This document shows, one piece after another, positions 1 to 14,569 of a stretch of DNA of 64,000 bases. The notes below the pieces were generated by a model. It was not told the DNA's origin. It was given only the letters and a program-made list of their open reading frames with translations, and searched no databases. Position numbers and translations under genes: made by a program. The DNA lies in NCBI RefSeq assembly GCF_009914755.1, contig NC_060947.1; one strand, written 5' to 3'. This DNA comes from the human T2T-CHM13v2.0 reference genome, Homo sapiens. How positions within the stretch are numbered: the stretch's first letter is position 1; every line of letters starts with the position of its first letter.

Positions 1-189
1 TTTCCTTGTGTTGATAATAATTCTTTCTTGATATAGCACCATGCTTACTGAGATTTTTCTGTAAAATATTTCATAAAGCATTATACTTCGATACTTACTT
101 TTGGAATATTAGATTTGATAGTTACAAAAATAAAGATGAATAACATAACATAATAATTATTGATTATAATAATTATTCTCAAAATCGTT

Positions 190-622
190 TGTTGTAAAGG
201 GCATATTGTTAAAAATATCTTCACTCCCCTTTCTTCCCTTTTACTGTGGGATGAATATATTTTCATGCCCTATTAATGTTAGGCTTAGGTATGTGACTTG
301 TTTGTGCAATGGCATATGAACAAATGTGATATACAAATGTCCAATAAATGCTAATTATTGGCACTTCTCATGAGGTTCTGATAGATGCCTGCAGAATAAA
401 ATGTTTTATATAACAGACATTAATTCATTCTCGGTACTAGGATAGGAAAACACATCATGCAAACCTTAGCACTCTGTTCAGCCTGAATCTAAACCAAGTC
501 AACATTAGGAGAGTTAAATAGAATCATAGCCAACCCAAAGACTCAGTACTGATAAATATGTGTTTACTACAATTCATGAGATTTGTGAGTTACTTATTAC
601 TGCACCAAAGGCTGGCTAATAC
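190..622 (+). mobile_element. Old MaLR LTR (MLT1H/J-like), degraded
   Basis: MLT1-type motif 'ggtatgtgacttgtttgtgcaatggcatatga' and MaLR-type terminus 'ctggctaataca' at 622; start approximate. Confidence 0.5.
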
Positions 623-891
623 ATTATGTTTAGAAAAGATATATATTTGAGGTGTCTTTTGTTGTAAATAATAATCATATCAATATAAACAACTGCTGTT
701 GCTTAGTCAACATTGGTTTATTTTTTCACAGACAAACAATGTAATACAGGAAGTACTTACTGTTGGCATTTATTATGGGTCTCTTGGTGTTTCTTAGGTT
801 TCCTTCATTTATCTCAAGATGGCTGCTGTAGTTCTAGATATTGCGTCAGCATTCAGTGCAGAAGAACTGGAGAATAAAAAAGAATAACATT

Positions 892-1192
<301 letters not shown>

Positions 1193-1334
1193 TTAAAAAT
1201 TTAATTGGGAAATACACAACTTGTCCAAAGGTAACTGGCAGACTTCTAGAACTGGATCACATGAACCCTCATATCTATAATGTAGCCTAAGAAATAGGGT
1301 AACACATTGCTCTTATAGAATTAGAAAAATTCTC

Positions 1335-1613
1335 TTTTTTTTACCCCGAGTCGCCCAGGCTGAAGGGCCAGTGGAACCATCTTGACTCAATTCAACCTTT
1401 GCCTCCCGGTTTCACATGATTCTCCTGCCTTAGCCACCTGAGTAGCTGGGACTACAGCCACGCGCCACAATGCCCAGCTGATTTTGGCGCTTTTAGTAGA
1501 GACAGAGTTTCACCATGTCAGCCAAGTGGTCTCAAACTCCTGACCTCAGGTGATCCGCCTTCCTTGGCCTCCCAAAGTGCTGGGATTACAAGCATGAGCC
1601 ACTGTGCCCAGCC
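1335..1613 (-). mobile_element. AluSx-like element with degraded right arm
   Basis: Antisense Alu: cctgacctcaggtgatccgcc...cccaaagtgctgggattaca...cccagcc; poly-T at left. Confidence 0.92.
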
Positions 1614-1800
1614 CCTAGAATTAGATGATAAATTCTGATCCATTGCTTAAGACTGGTACAATGTTGTCCCATACAAAATTTGGCTTCTAACAGTAAGAGA
1701 GAGAGGAGAAAATGGTTATGAATATTGGGAAAACACAAAAAATGATTCTTAGTATTGTTTATTAGGCCCTTTAATGCTTGCTCTGTCTAGTCACCTTTAA

Positions 1801-2191
<391 letters not shown>

Positions 2192-3755
2192 TAATAATGG
2201 GACTTGATTAACAGATGTTACACAGTTAATTGAAACAGAGTAAGCACTAAAGTTAATTGAAGCAAAGAAAATGCAGTATCAAGGTGTAGACATCTCCACT
2301 TAAGGTTCATATTTAGTGGGCAGTCATCCTAACAACACTGCTGAAGACCATAAAATTTAGTGTGTCAGATTTAGTAATAAAGTAGATAGATCATATTAAA
2401 ATGCAGTAGAAGTACATAGTGTGAGAAAGTTTATGGGCCGTAGTATTTCGTCACATTCTCCTATATGATTGGATGCTGTATATTATAACACAATCTTAAG
2501 ATGTTCAAAATAAGGTTGGGGTACCGCTATAAAAACCCTGTAATGCAAAATAATTTAATCTCCCCAAGGTAAGTCTCTATATATGTTGCCTTCATGCTTT
2601 TAAAGGTTATGAGAAAAAATACCCTTTTAATACTAAGTGAAATCCAAAATACAATCAAGGACCTAGCTTTTGCATACAGGTTTAACTTTTGCCCTTTTAT
2701 GTCAGTATTTTGCTCTGAAAATATCAATGCCACACATTCTCTCAACAATGCAATCCTTTCTTGGTTTAGTTAATATCACCTTCCATAAACTTAGTAAACC
2801 TTTTGTCTTCTTTTCTAGAAAAGCTGGATTTTACTTTACTTGGAGTATAAGTCCATGAATATTTTGAAGGAACTTATTTTTAACATGTTGATCCTTCTAT
2901 TAGTTTTAAGAGCATCTCATTACTTTTATGTAATTAAAATATAAGATACAGTGGCAATTAACTTGTCATCCCCCTCCTGTGGTGTTAATTGGATATATGA
3001 ACAACTTCTTGCTCATTTTGGCTTTAATTTCTTCTGTGTTATTTTTTTAAAGTAAAAAAAGATTGCAATTTTTTTGTATTAAAAATGGAAGATAGAAGAT
3101 TAATGTAAGTTAAAAATATCAAATTGTATATGAATTTTACAAGTGTATTGAGTCCAAGAATGCTCTCAGTAATAGCAGTTTAATATATTTCTATTAAGAA
3201 TTTAGAAATGTACATTGCAGTAAACATCAGAAAAAACAGAATCAGCTTCTTAATATACCAAGTGACTAAATAAATAAATCACAATGAATAAAGCTGAATT
3301 ATATTCCCAGATCAATATGTAACATATCAATAAAATCATGGTTCAGAGGTGGCAACTGGATTAAATAAATATTTAAACTTATTAAAATCTTTGATAAAGT
3401 AAAAATAATCCTTAAAATATAAAGAAATGAAGATGAGTTTACCATGATTTTTATGAGTATAAAATGTATAAATAGACATGGTAGACATTAGGATATGATA
3501 AAGTAATATTGACAGTGATCTTAGTTTTTTAATTCACCACTTTAAAGCCAAAGAAAAATAGGTTTTTCTTTAGATGAAGGATTTTTTAAAACAGTTAACC
3601 AACTTAATAAAGGCCTCAGAAAATACAAAGTTAAGTCATTTTTGATGTGTTAAATGATGGCATAGGAAATATCAAAGTCCAATAGTCAGAAATTCATTGT
3701 ACTGCTTTTTTTTTGCTTTTTTTTTTGACTCAGTAGGAAAAGCTTAACCCAAGAG

Positions 3756-3823
3756 TGCGCCACTGCACTCCAGCCTGGGTGACAGAGCAAGACTCCGTCT
3801 CAAAAAAAAAAAAAAAAAAAAAA
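3756..3823 (+). mobile_element. Alu 3' terminal remnant with long A-tail
   Basis: gcgccactgcactccagcctgggtgacagagcaagactccgtctc followed by an uninterrupted A run. Confidence 0.9.
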
Positions 3824-4587
3824 GAATAAGAATTATTGTATTTCTTCTCCTATAACTTATAGCTACTGTGGGAAGCTACTAATCTGATTTATCTAATATA
3901 CTGGTACAGTAGTCTATATGAAGATTTACTAAAAAAGTAATTTGAATATTCCTGATGTATTCAAATACATAAGACCTAATATCTTGCTTCCTAGGGTGCC
4001 GAAAATGAGTGAGGTTATTGTAGAGTAACTACTTACTAGTTCTAAGAACTTGTAGATGCATGGGAGAAATTCATGAATGTTAGAAAAGGGGCACTGGCAA
4101 AGGTGAATGTCTAGAAATTTTACATTTCTATGTTTAAGCTTTATGGCTTAGAAAATTATGATAATTAATTTTTCAAACCCTTAGAAAACTATGGGTTTCT
4201 AACTAACATTCATATGTTCAAAAAATATGTTTCGGTATATTAAATGCTTTCTAAAATACAATTATAGGCTTGAGATATTAAGTAGAAATTACAGAAATCT
4301 GTCTTTATCTGGGAAGGTTTAATTCAGAGACAAGAATATATAATGAACAGAATAAAATGTGTAGTGTTAAGCATAAACTTTACTCAGAACTGAAGTTTCT
4401 GAGGCCATAATTAATGGTTAGATTTGAGGTATGAGAAGAACCAAAATGTTAAGACATACAGACACACACACATTTACATACACACATCACAAATAGCTTG
4501 CAAATGAAACCAAACAATAAGACCTATAGGCAGAAGAAAGAAAATTAGATACAATTTAGATAAGTTTGTACAAATTGAAAGACCCCA

Positions 4588-4687
4588 CACAGGTCATTTA
4601 ACTGCTATATAATTGTTTTCTCATTTGAAAAATTAGGGTGTTAGACTAGATAATTTTTAGGGTTTCTTATAGCTGTAAAATTTTACA
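4588..4687 (+). mobile_element. MIR/MIR3 SINE fragment
   Basis: Resembles the MIR core and 3' end (gtcatttaac...ttttctcatttgaaaaatt...gactagataatttttagggtttctt...agctgtaaaatttta). Confidence 0.55.
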
Positions 4688-4959
4688 AGTTTGTTAGAGA
4701 CAACCTGCAGCTTAGAGGACAGTGTTTAAAATATCCAAATGTAATTTTTAAATACAAGGATATTTCCCTTCTCACTGACCAAATTTCCTCCCACAAACTC
4801 CACCTCAAACAAAAACTCTTTTATCAGGGAGAGGTAGATATTATCTTAGAGATCATTTTAGATCTGTTGATTTAAAATACAGTTTAAAATACAGTTGTCG
4901 TAGTAGTACTGCAATGTAGACATAAAAATAAGAAAAAAATGTTTTGAAAGAAGAAACAA

Positions 4960-5240
4960 CAGACCTTGGTGGTTGATTATACATGTGTGGAAGATAAGGT
5001 GAAAGGAGAAGAAAATTTAAATACATCTTTAATTTGTGAGCCTTGTACTTGACCAAATTATATTATCATAGATTAAATTGGGTGAGACAGATGAGGACAT
5101 AGGTTTTGAATGGAAGATAACTACTTAAATTTTTAGAGATTGAATTTAAGAATATGGGCTTGAGTGTAAATATCCACTGAAAAATTTAAAGTACATGGTA
5201 GAAGCCTGATAGAGTTATCAAGGATAGGGTCTAATTTACA
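4960..5240 (-). mobile_element. L2 LINE fragment
   Basis: Degraded match to antisense L2 3' ORF region (ggttgattatacatgtg...ggtgaaaggagaagaaa...gattgaatttaag). Confidence 0.45.
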
Positions 5241-5363
5241 CTACATACTAACTGAGGGTATTAGGCCTTTAAAATTTGTTTTTGTCTTATTTGTTAAAGT
5301 CAAGTAAGTACAAAATTTTGGCAAAGGGCCTGGCACATAAGTTCTAAATAATTGGCAGAATAA

Positions 5364-5716
5364 TCCCTTCAATTTCCTTCATCAGTGTTTTATAGTTTTT
5401 ATTGTAGAAATATTTTACTTCTCTTGTTAAAGTAATTCCTAGGTTTTTAATTTTATTTATAGCTAATTGGTTTCTTTTTTGGATTGTGTTCTGTTGATGG
5501 AAAGATGTTTCATGATCATGGATTAGAAGAATCAGTATTGTTAAAAAGTTCATACTACCCAAGGCAATCTATAGATTTAATGCAATCCTTATCAAATTAT
5601 CAATGATATTCTTGACAGAAACAGAAAACAAAATCCTAAAATTAAATGAAACCACAAAATATAAAATAGCCACAGTTATACTGAGTTAAAAGAACAAAAC
5701 TGGAAAAATCACATTT
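5364..5716. mobile_element. Old L1M ORF2 fragment with inversion (minus 5364-5496, plus 5497-5716)
   Basis: Minus part encodes ...KNYKTLMKEIE; plus part continues with WKD.....IRRISIVK-like ORF2 sequence. Confidence 0.8.
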
Positions 5717-8407
5717 GGAAAAACTCCAAAGCATCACTCTTATCCTATTAGTAACTATAGCCATTGTGCTTCAAAATAAGACATTTTGCTTCACACTTGA
5801 CATTAAAATAAATTCAAAAAATACTTTGAGTTTATATCCTGGGCCATGATAGTTTCTCTTTATATATTAGGTCTTTTCTTAGTTTTGTCAAATGTGGTGA
5901 CCTTCAGCTTTGTTAAGTGGGAATTCCTTAGCGTTCCACAGATTTGCCATGTTTTTCACATTCTTTCTCAAAGCGCCCTGACAACAAAACGAGACAAAAA
6001 CATTATTGATATTTTTTATTTTAACATTATAGTGTAGAATATAACTAACTGATTGTTAGTGTAGAATACTGTATAGTGTAGAATATCACTAACTACAAAT
6101 TACTTCTTTTTAGTAGAGGAAAGTGTATTATATTTTCTGGTACAGTCTTGGTTTGTCACAAGTACAAAATTATAAATTGGACCAACAGGGAAAAAAAAAG
6201 AGACTATAGGAATGCATTACATAAATGTTAAGGGCAAAGATATATATACACCAAAAGTATATTCATAATTGTACACCAAAATCATTATTCATGATATTAG
6301 GTGAAGTATATGCTGTTACCTATTGTGACATTTGGTAGAGTTTTTATGATGGTTCAAATCTTAACCAATTTATTGAACTTTTAAAATGAAACCTTTGTTC
6401 ATGTGGAAACTCCATCAAGGTTTCTAAATGTTACTAATACTTTTAGGCAAAATATCAAATTATTTTTATTGCTATGCCAGAAATTATAAGAATCATGTGT
6501 GCTATATAGGAATGTATTAATGAAAGTACAACAACAATTTTCAAAGAGGTTCTGAGAGATCCCTTCCCCCACTTGAGGAGAGGAGAGAGAAAAGTGGGGA
6601 GAATTTTGTCTTGCCTCTTGATACTGGCTCAGACACAATAGGGTAGGGCACCAGTCACAAAGACCTATTTCCTGGATGACACATCTAGAAACGTGATGGG
6701 CCACAAAAAAATCTGACTCCTGATTCCAGGCCTTGGCTCCTAGATGGCATTTGCAGGCTCTCACTGGGCCACAGGAGAGTCTACTTTACTGAAGGGAGAT
6801 ACTCAGGCCTTGCAATATTCACCACAAGCTGATGGAAGAGTCCTTGGTCCTTGAGTGTACATCTGTGATAGCCAGGCAGTATTTGCCATAGGCCTGCGGT
6901 GATGGTGGCCATTGGGAGAGATTCCTCTGCTTTAGGAGAGAAGAGGGAAGAGTGGGAAGAACTTTGTCTTGTGGCTTGGGTGCCAGGTCAGTCACAGTAG
7001 AATAGAGCACTAAGTCGATTCCTAAGATTCCCAAATCAAGGCTCTGATTCCTAGATGATATCTCTGAACCCAAGCAGGGTCTAGGGGAGATGCACTGCCC
7101 AGAAAGGAAGGAGACATACCTGGTCGAATTCACCACTTAATAGTAGAGCCCTTGGGACTTGATCGAAAGTAAATGTTAGTCAGGCAGTGACCACTGTGGA
7201 CTTGGTGAAAGACCTAGTGCTGTGCTGGCTTTGGGTCTGACTCAGCACAGTCCCAGTGGTTGTGGCCACCGTGATGCTTGTGGCACTCCTTCCCCAACTC
7301 CACACACCTACACACACGTGCACACACACACACACACAGACAGAGAGAGAGAGACTCCATTTGTTTGGAGGAAAGTAAGGGAAATGAACAATATACTCTG
7401 CCTGGTAGTTCAGAGAATTCTCTCTCATCTTTCCTAAGACCATTAAGGTGGTACTCATTTAGTCAACAAGAGCCACAGCGTTACTGGGCTTGGAGTGCTT
7501 ATTAATGCAAATACAGCTTCACTGATCATAGACTTAGATCACAACATCCAAGTCCCTTTGAATACTTGGGAATTGCTCCCAAGAAGGATGGATACAAACA
7601 AGCTTAGACTGTGAAGACTACATAAATACCTAACACTTCAATGCCCAGATATTGATAAACATTCACAAACATGAAGACACCAATGACCAATCCAGGAGAA
7701 ACAGAGATATGTGACCTTTCAAACAAAATATTCAAAATAGTTGTTTTGCTGAAGCTCAATGAAATTCAAGATAACACACAGAGAGAAGATATTCAGAATT
7801 CTATCATATAAATTTAACAAAGATATTAAAACACAAAGAATAAAGCAGAAATTTTGAAGCTATAAAATTCAGTTATGTTGAAGAATGCTTCAGAGTCTCT
7901 TAAAAGGAGAACTGATCAAGCAGAAGAAAGAATTAGTGAGCTAAAAGACAGGCGATTTTAAAATACATGCCCAGAGGAGCCAAAAGAAAAGAGAATCCAA
8001 AAGAAGAAAGTGTGCCCACTGGATCTGGAAAATAGCCTCAAAAGGGCAAATGTCAGAGTTATTGGTCTTAAAGAAGATGTAGAGAGAGAAATAGAGGCAG
8101 AAAGTTTATTCAAAGGGATAATAACAGAGAACTTTCCAAACCTAGAGAAACATATCAATATTAAAGCACAAGGAGGTTACAGAACACCAAGGAGATTTAA
8201 TCCAATAGGACTACTTCCAAACATTTAATAATCAACCATCCAAATGTCAAAGGCAAAGAAAGGATTCCAAAAACAGAAAGAGAAAATAAATAAATAACAT
8301 ACAATGATGCTCCAATATGTCTATCAGCAGACTTTTCAGTGGAAATCTTACAGACCAGGAGATAGTGGTATGACATATTGAAGTGCTAAAGAGAAAAAAA
8401 ATCTAAG

Positions 8408-8743
<336 letters not shown>

Positions 8744-9705
8744 TCAAACATGAAGGAGAAATTATTTCCCAGATGAACAAAAGCTGAGGGATTTCATCAA
8801 CACCAACCTGTCCTAAAAGAAATGTTAAAGGGTCTTATTTATTTAGTCTGCAAGAAAAGGATGTTAATGAGCAGTAAGAAATCATCTGAAGGTACAATAG
8901 TCACTGGTAATAGTAAGTACACAGAAAAACACAGAATATTATAACACTGTAATTGGGGTGTGTCAACTACTCATATCCTTCAGTTGAAAGAATAAAAGAT
9001 AAACTTATCAAAAATTATAACTAAAGCAAATGTAAAAGGCATAAAGAGTATAATAATATAAGAATAGAAACAAAAAAAGTAGGGGAGATGAAGTTGAAGC
9101 ATCGAGTTTTTATTAGTTTTCTTATTGCTTGTTTATTTATGAAATCAGTGTTAAATGACAGAAGTATGAAATAATAGGTTATGAGATATTATTTGCAAGC
9201 CTCACTGTAGCCTCAAATTAAAAAAAAAATACAATGGATACACAAAAAATAAAATGGAAGAAATTAAACATATGACTGGAGAAAATTACCTTTAATAAAG
9301 GAAGACAGAAATGAAGGAAAGAAGGAAGAAAAGACCAGAAAACAAATAACAACATGGTAGGAGTAAGTCTTTACTTATCAACAGTAACATTGAATGTAAA
9401 TGGACTAAACAATAAAAAGACATAGAGTAGATGAATGGATTAAAAAAAATCCTAATGATCTGTTTCCTACAAGAAACACACTTTAAAGACACATGTAGTC
9501 TGAAACTAAAGAGATGAAAAAAAAAATTCCATGCCAACAGAAACCATCAAAGAACAATAGTAGCTATACTTATGTCAGACAAAATACAATTCATTACAAA
9601 AACTATAACAAGAGTAAAAGTAGGTATTATGTATGATAAAGAAGGCAATTCAGAAAGAGGATATAACAATTATAAATACATATTCACTCAACAATGGAGC
9701 ACCAT

Positions 9706-10376
9706 TGTGGCCAGCCAGGTCTCACTAATTCAGGCCTCCATTACAATTGTCCCAGTACTTACTGTGTAACTAAGTTAAACATTTAAAGCTGACTGAGCCA
9801 GTGCCCTTCTACAAAGCCTGGACTGTATAACAAAGAGCCCACGAAGAGTTTTGCCTAGGCTTTTCCTGGGCCCTGAAGCATGACAAGATAATGAAGGAAT
9901 TCTTAACAGGACCCTTTTAGGATGAAACAAGTTTTATTGGGGGTATGAAGAAACTCCCCAGGCTTCCACAAATACGTTTATTGGGGTCTAAAGGAACTCC
10001 TCAAACCTTTATGATTTAGAGGAGATAAGATAAGGGTAATCACCCCAGCACCTAGACCCATTAAGATTAAGTAAATTTACTGAGCCTCCAGAAGAAGGTC
10101 TTCAAGACTCAGGCCTTAGTTACAGGTTAAAAGAAATTAATCCCTTATGTCTTTAGATGAACGCACACTTACATGTAGGCATATAGCTTAGAAGGTATAT
10201 AAGCTCTGGAAAACTTTGTAATTTTGAGTTGGTCTGGTGATAATTTCCAGGCCTTCTCCCTGTAACCAGTTGCAGAAAACAAAAACTCTTCTTACTCTTT
10301 TTCTCCCCAGTTCACCTGCATCTCATTACTGGGCCACGAGAAATAGCAGCCCAGCCCTCAGTTTGGTCCAGGAACA
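9706..10376 (+). mobile_element. ERV1 solo LTR, PABL_A-like
   Basis: TG...CA bounded ~670-bp insert splitting L1 ORF2 (ggagcac|ccagatat); start tgtggccagccaggtctcactaa and end ctcagtttggtccaggaaca resemble recalled PABL_A; TATA-like 'ggtatataag' near 10197. Confidence 0.75.
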
Positions 10377-10849
10377 CCCAGATATACAAACAAAATATTA
10401 TTAGAGCTAAAAAAGAAGATAGATGCCAATACAATAATAGCTGGAGACTTTAATACCCCACTTTCAGCACTGGACAGATTATGCAGACAGGAAATCAACA
10501 AAGAAACATTGCAATGAATTTGCACTATAGACCAAAGGGACCTAATGGATATTTACAGAACATTTCATTCCATGGCTGCAGAATAAACATTATTCTCCTC
10601 AGCACATGCATCATTCTCAATAATAGACCCTGTGTTATTCTCATTCCTCAGTTTCCATGTACTCCTTGGGAGGTTACCATAGCTGATGAAGGATGTGTGC
10701 AGAAGTCAAAACACTAAGAAAACACTGACAGGGCAGAAGGGATTCAGTGGCTACAAGATGGCTGGGCCAAACCTTATTGAATTATTTTTAGTACCTCCCT
10801 GCCATCTTGCCACATGGCCTGAATGCAACATAATATCAGAAGTGGATGG

Positions 10850-11468
10850 TTTTTGGTCAGAGTTCCAAAATTGGGAGACCAAGAGAACCTGAATGTAAAG
10901 GAGAGGGAGGACTTTGGGAAAGCAGGCCCACAAAGCTGTTTTTAAAATCCTGAACTTGCCTAAGACTAATTCATGGGTAAAATCTCAATTTTCTTGCCAC
11001 AGTTTTTGAGAACTAACACATAGATCTTATTTTCAGGTGGAGACTGACAACTAGGCAATGATTACATGTGACAGATCATATAAACAATACAATGGCTTTG
11101 AAAACAAAATTGACGTTTGAACCACAGCCCATAGAATGTGGATAAGAACTCACAGCCTGAACCAAATATATGTCAATTGTCTGTTAAAACAAAATATTAG
11201 CCCTCTGTATAGGATGTAAAGAAGACCTAAAGTCTCAGAATATAATATTCAAAATCTCCAGGCTACAATTTAAAATTACTCAGGCTATCAATAAGTGCAA
11301 ACAATTAAAAGACACCAATAAAGAGATGACACAGATGTTAGAATTACCAGTAAAAGTATGTTATCAAAAAATTGTTCAAACTTTTGAATGAGAAATTATG
11401 ATGATCTTGAAACAAAGATTACAATAAAAATATCACCAGGAAATGAAATACATTTAAAGAACCAAGTG
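10850..11468 (+). mobile_element. Ancient L1ME/L1M5/HAL1-type 5' region fragment
   Basis: 'tataatattcaaaatctccaggctacaatttaaaattactc' and 'gatgacacagatgttagaatta' typical of old L1 ORF1 starts. Confidence 0.5.
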
Positions 11469-12038
11469 CCATCGGGGGTCTTTCCTCTGGCAGGGGTATC
11501 TCAAGCTTGTCAGAAGCTACCCTTTCCAGGTAGTTATTAAAACTGGGCCTCTCCTCCACTTTGGACAAAAAAGTGTGCTTCCTTAGGTGATTGCTTTTTG
11601 TATTGGAATTTATCTACTTGCCCTCCCACCTGCTCAGTGTCTCTGGGCATGGATAAGGAGTGTCAGAAATTCCTCTTTTTGTCACATGCTTTTGCTTTTA
11701 ATATTTTTTTCTTCTAACGTTCTTTAGTTAAACTATAAGAAATATCAATATAGATTTCTTTATACTATTCCAGTGTAGGATATTTGGACTCCCTAAATTT
11801 GAGGATTTGTGTATTTATTCAATCAGCAGTACAAATTACTCAGGCTGTGTCTATTTAAAAACTCACTAATTTGTCAAAGTTGTGTGGCCTCCCTTGCTGT
11901 AACATTTAGTCAACATCTGAAGTCATTCTGTACTTAAATACCTCATTTGCCAAAGTTGTGGGACCCCTCTTGCTGTAATGTATGTTCAACATTTGTTGAA
12001 TTTTTCATCCTGTACTTATTTCTTAATTGTTCTTGTTA

Positions 12039-12413
12039 CAATCATCCCTCCCCTGTTTGTGATTTAGCTTTCTGTGGTGTTTCAGTTACCCTCAGACAAG
12101 CACAGTTCAAAAATAGGTGAGAACAATACAATTATATATACACATATAATATATTAATTACATATAAATTATTATATATATTGTATGTAAGGAGAGACCA
12201 CATTCACATTATTTTTATTTAGTATATTTTTATAACTATTATATTTTTTATTTTTTCTTGTTTTTCTCTTATGGTGACTTGTAAATTGAACTTTATCATA
12301 GGTATTCATGTATTAAAAAACATAGTATATACAGTGTTCAGTACTATCTGTGGTTTTGTGCATTTACTGGGGGTCTTGGAATGTATTCCCCACAGATAAG
12401 AGTAAAACTACTG
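12039..12413 (+). mobile_element. MER44A (Tigger/TcMar MITE)
   Basis: TA flanks at 12037 and 12414; ends caatcatccctc... and ...gataagagtaaaactactg; internal gagagaccacattcac and gggggtcttggaa. Confidence 0.85.
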
Positions 12414-13509
12414 TAAATATTTATTTTTGTTTGTGTACTGCACACTGTATAAATTATTAAGCTCTTAATTCTGGTTTCTTATGTATGCATTTATGTTTAA
12501 TCGTTTGTCAAATCATTAGTTTCAATGTACTTTTTATTACAAATGATTCTATTTTTTCTTTTGGTCAAATTAGGCTTTTTTAAAGTAATGCTTTTTTCTT
12601 TTAGTAGGATTTTCAATCTACCTTTTATGGCCATGTTTGAATCAGGTGTTGAGCAGCTTTCATGGACTATTTCTTTCTGTTGCAAGTTTAGGAGCCTAAG
12701 TGTTGCTTTTGTCTTGAATTCTTGAATAGCCCAAGTTTTTGTTGTTGTTGTTGTTGTTGTTTAGAACAGGTTCATGGTGTCTTTGGCAATATATTTATCT
12801 CTAAATATAGTGGGCTTTATGTCTACTTTCTTCTTATCAATTTCATGTACCAGAAACTTCATCCAAAATTTTTTTATTGAAATAAATTTCATGTTCAATC
12901 TGTTTTTTTGGCTTGGGCTGCATGCCCCTCTGTCTCTCGCATTATTGTTAACAACTATAAATCCATTAGAAATAATACGTGGAAAGGCCACATTTTTAAT
13001 TTGATCTTTATGGCAGAGATGATTTTTTTTTTATTGAGTAAACTTACTATTCCATTGTCCCTTAAAATCTTCAGTCTTATCTTTTACTATGTAGGGCCTC
13101 AAAGCAATGGGCTTTCCTATTTCTATGGAGACGCTGATCTCTGAGTTCTGTCTACTAGTCCTGTCAGTACACTTGAAAATAAGCTAAATCTTATATGAGC
13201 TCATTTATTTCTAAGAATACTTTGCAAAATGCATATACTAGCCAAAGCACAGCAATTCTTCTCACTCACTTCCCATAGTGCTACAGACTCTCTAGGCACA
13301 AGATGTGCATTACAAAACATTGTAAGCAACAGTTTTACAAAATATATTACACTCCATAATTTAAAATTTTCAAACTTGAATATTAGTTTCCTCACTCCAC
13401 AACTGAGCCAGTCCCAAGTATTATTTTTTCCATAAGAACAGCTTACTTTTATGTATTTTGCTTGATAAGTATTGTGCATCTTGTAGAATACACAGTAAGC
13501 AATAATCAT

Positions 13510-14384
13510 TTTTAAATGTTGATAAATTTGACTGCAAGAAAATTAAGAAATTCATCAAAATGTCTACTAAAGGTGAAAACACAAATTACTATCTTTGAGA
13601 AGACATTGAAACACAAAGATTAGAGAAAGAGTCACAATCCGCAATCTGCATAATCAAGAAATCCAAAATAAACAATTGAATAGAAAATGGGAGAAGAAAC
13701 CTTGTTTTATTATGTCACTTTCCTCTCATATCCCTTTGTCGTTTTTTGTGCATACATTTGCTGGTATTCCTTCATTCCTAAGAGCCAACATATGAGACTT
13801 TTTATAGAGGAAGTTTGAAGAGTTTGAATAGTTTGGTTTAGCTTATCTAAATGGGAAGTAGAAATTAACTGGGAAACTGCATTGTTCCAGCAGAACCCCT
13901 TAACGGAGTAATTGATTGTGGTGGCATGAATGTTCATTGCTCTCTTCGGCATCCCACAGCTATACTGATAATTGTGCCACAGAAACACTTCCTCATAAAA
14001 TACCACTGTGTGAATCCTCTCTAGTTCAGGGAGCTAAAATCTATGATCGACACAAACTCTCACTTTAAATAGAGAACACAAGCAGCAAACCAACATATGA
14101 AATGAAACAAAATTTTAGTGGTCAGGGAAATAAAAATTAAGTTTATAATTAGATTCGATTTTATATCATTTAAATTGGTAAAATGAAGATGTCTGAAATC
14201 ACCAAGGGAAACTGTTCATTCGAAGTTATTACAATACACTTTAAATGAGGATATGAACCAATGAGAAATCTATAAATCACCCTCAGGTGTATAAATTGGT
14301 ACCAAGACTTTCGTAAATTATTTGACATTGTTTGTTTGTGCACATTTCATGACCCAAAAATTCAATTCCTAGATATATGACCTG
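13510..14384 (+). mobile_element. Highly degraded L1ME 3' fragments, possibly interrupted by an old ERVL-class LTR at ~13712-14050
   Basis: gtgtataaattggtaccaagacttt...catgacccaaaaattcaattcctagatatatgacc resembles L1ME ORF2 C-terminus. Confidence 0.45.
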
Positions 14385-14550
14385 GAATCTTGCCACTCAA
14401 AATGTGGATTACACCAAAAGCATTAGCATCGCGTAAGATGTTGTTAAAATGTGGAATTTTAGTTGACACCTCAGATCTACTGCAACAACATCTGCATTTT
14501 AACAAAATCATTTGGTAATTCATATATAAGCTACATTGTAAGAGTACTGT
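14385..14550. mobile_element. MER5A/MER5A1 (hAT-Charlie MITE)
   Basis: actcaaaatgtgg...agcattagcatc...cctcagatctactg...tctgcattttaacaa...agagtactg. Confidence 0.7.
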
Positions 14551-14569
14551 CCTAGTACTCAGGGAATAT

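Noticed and set aside
2430-2530. Possible hAT MITE end (aaggttggggtaccgct)
   Set aside because: Too short and degraded to assign without a profile search
6550-7140. Long imperfect direct repeats suggesting a segmental duplication
   Set aside because: They are consistent with the internally repeated 5' UTR of L1M1-type elements
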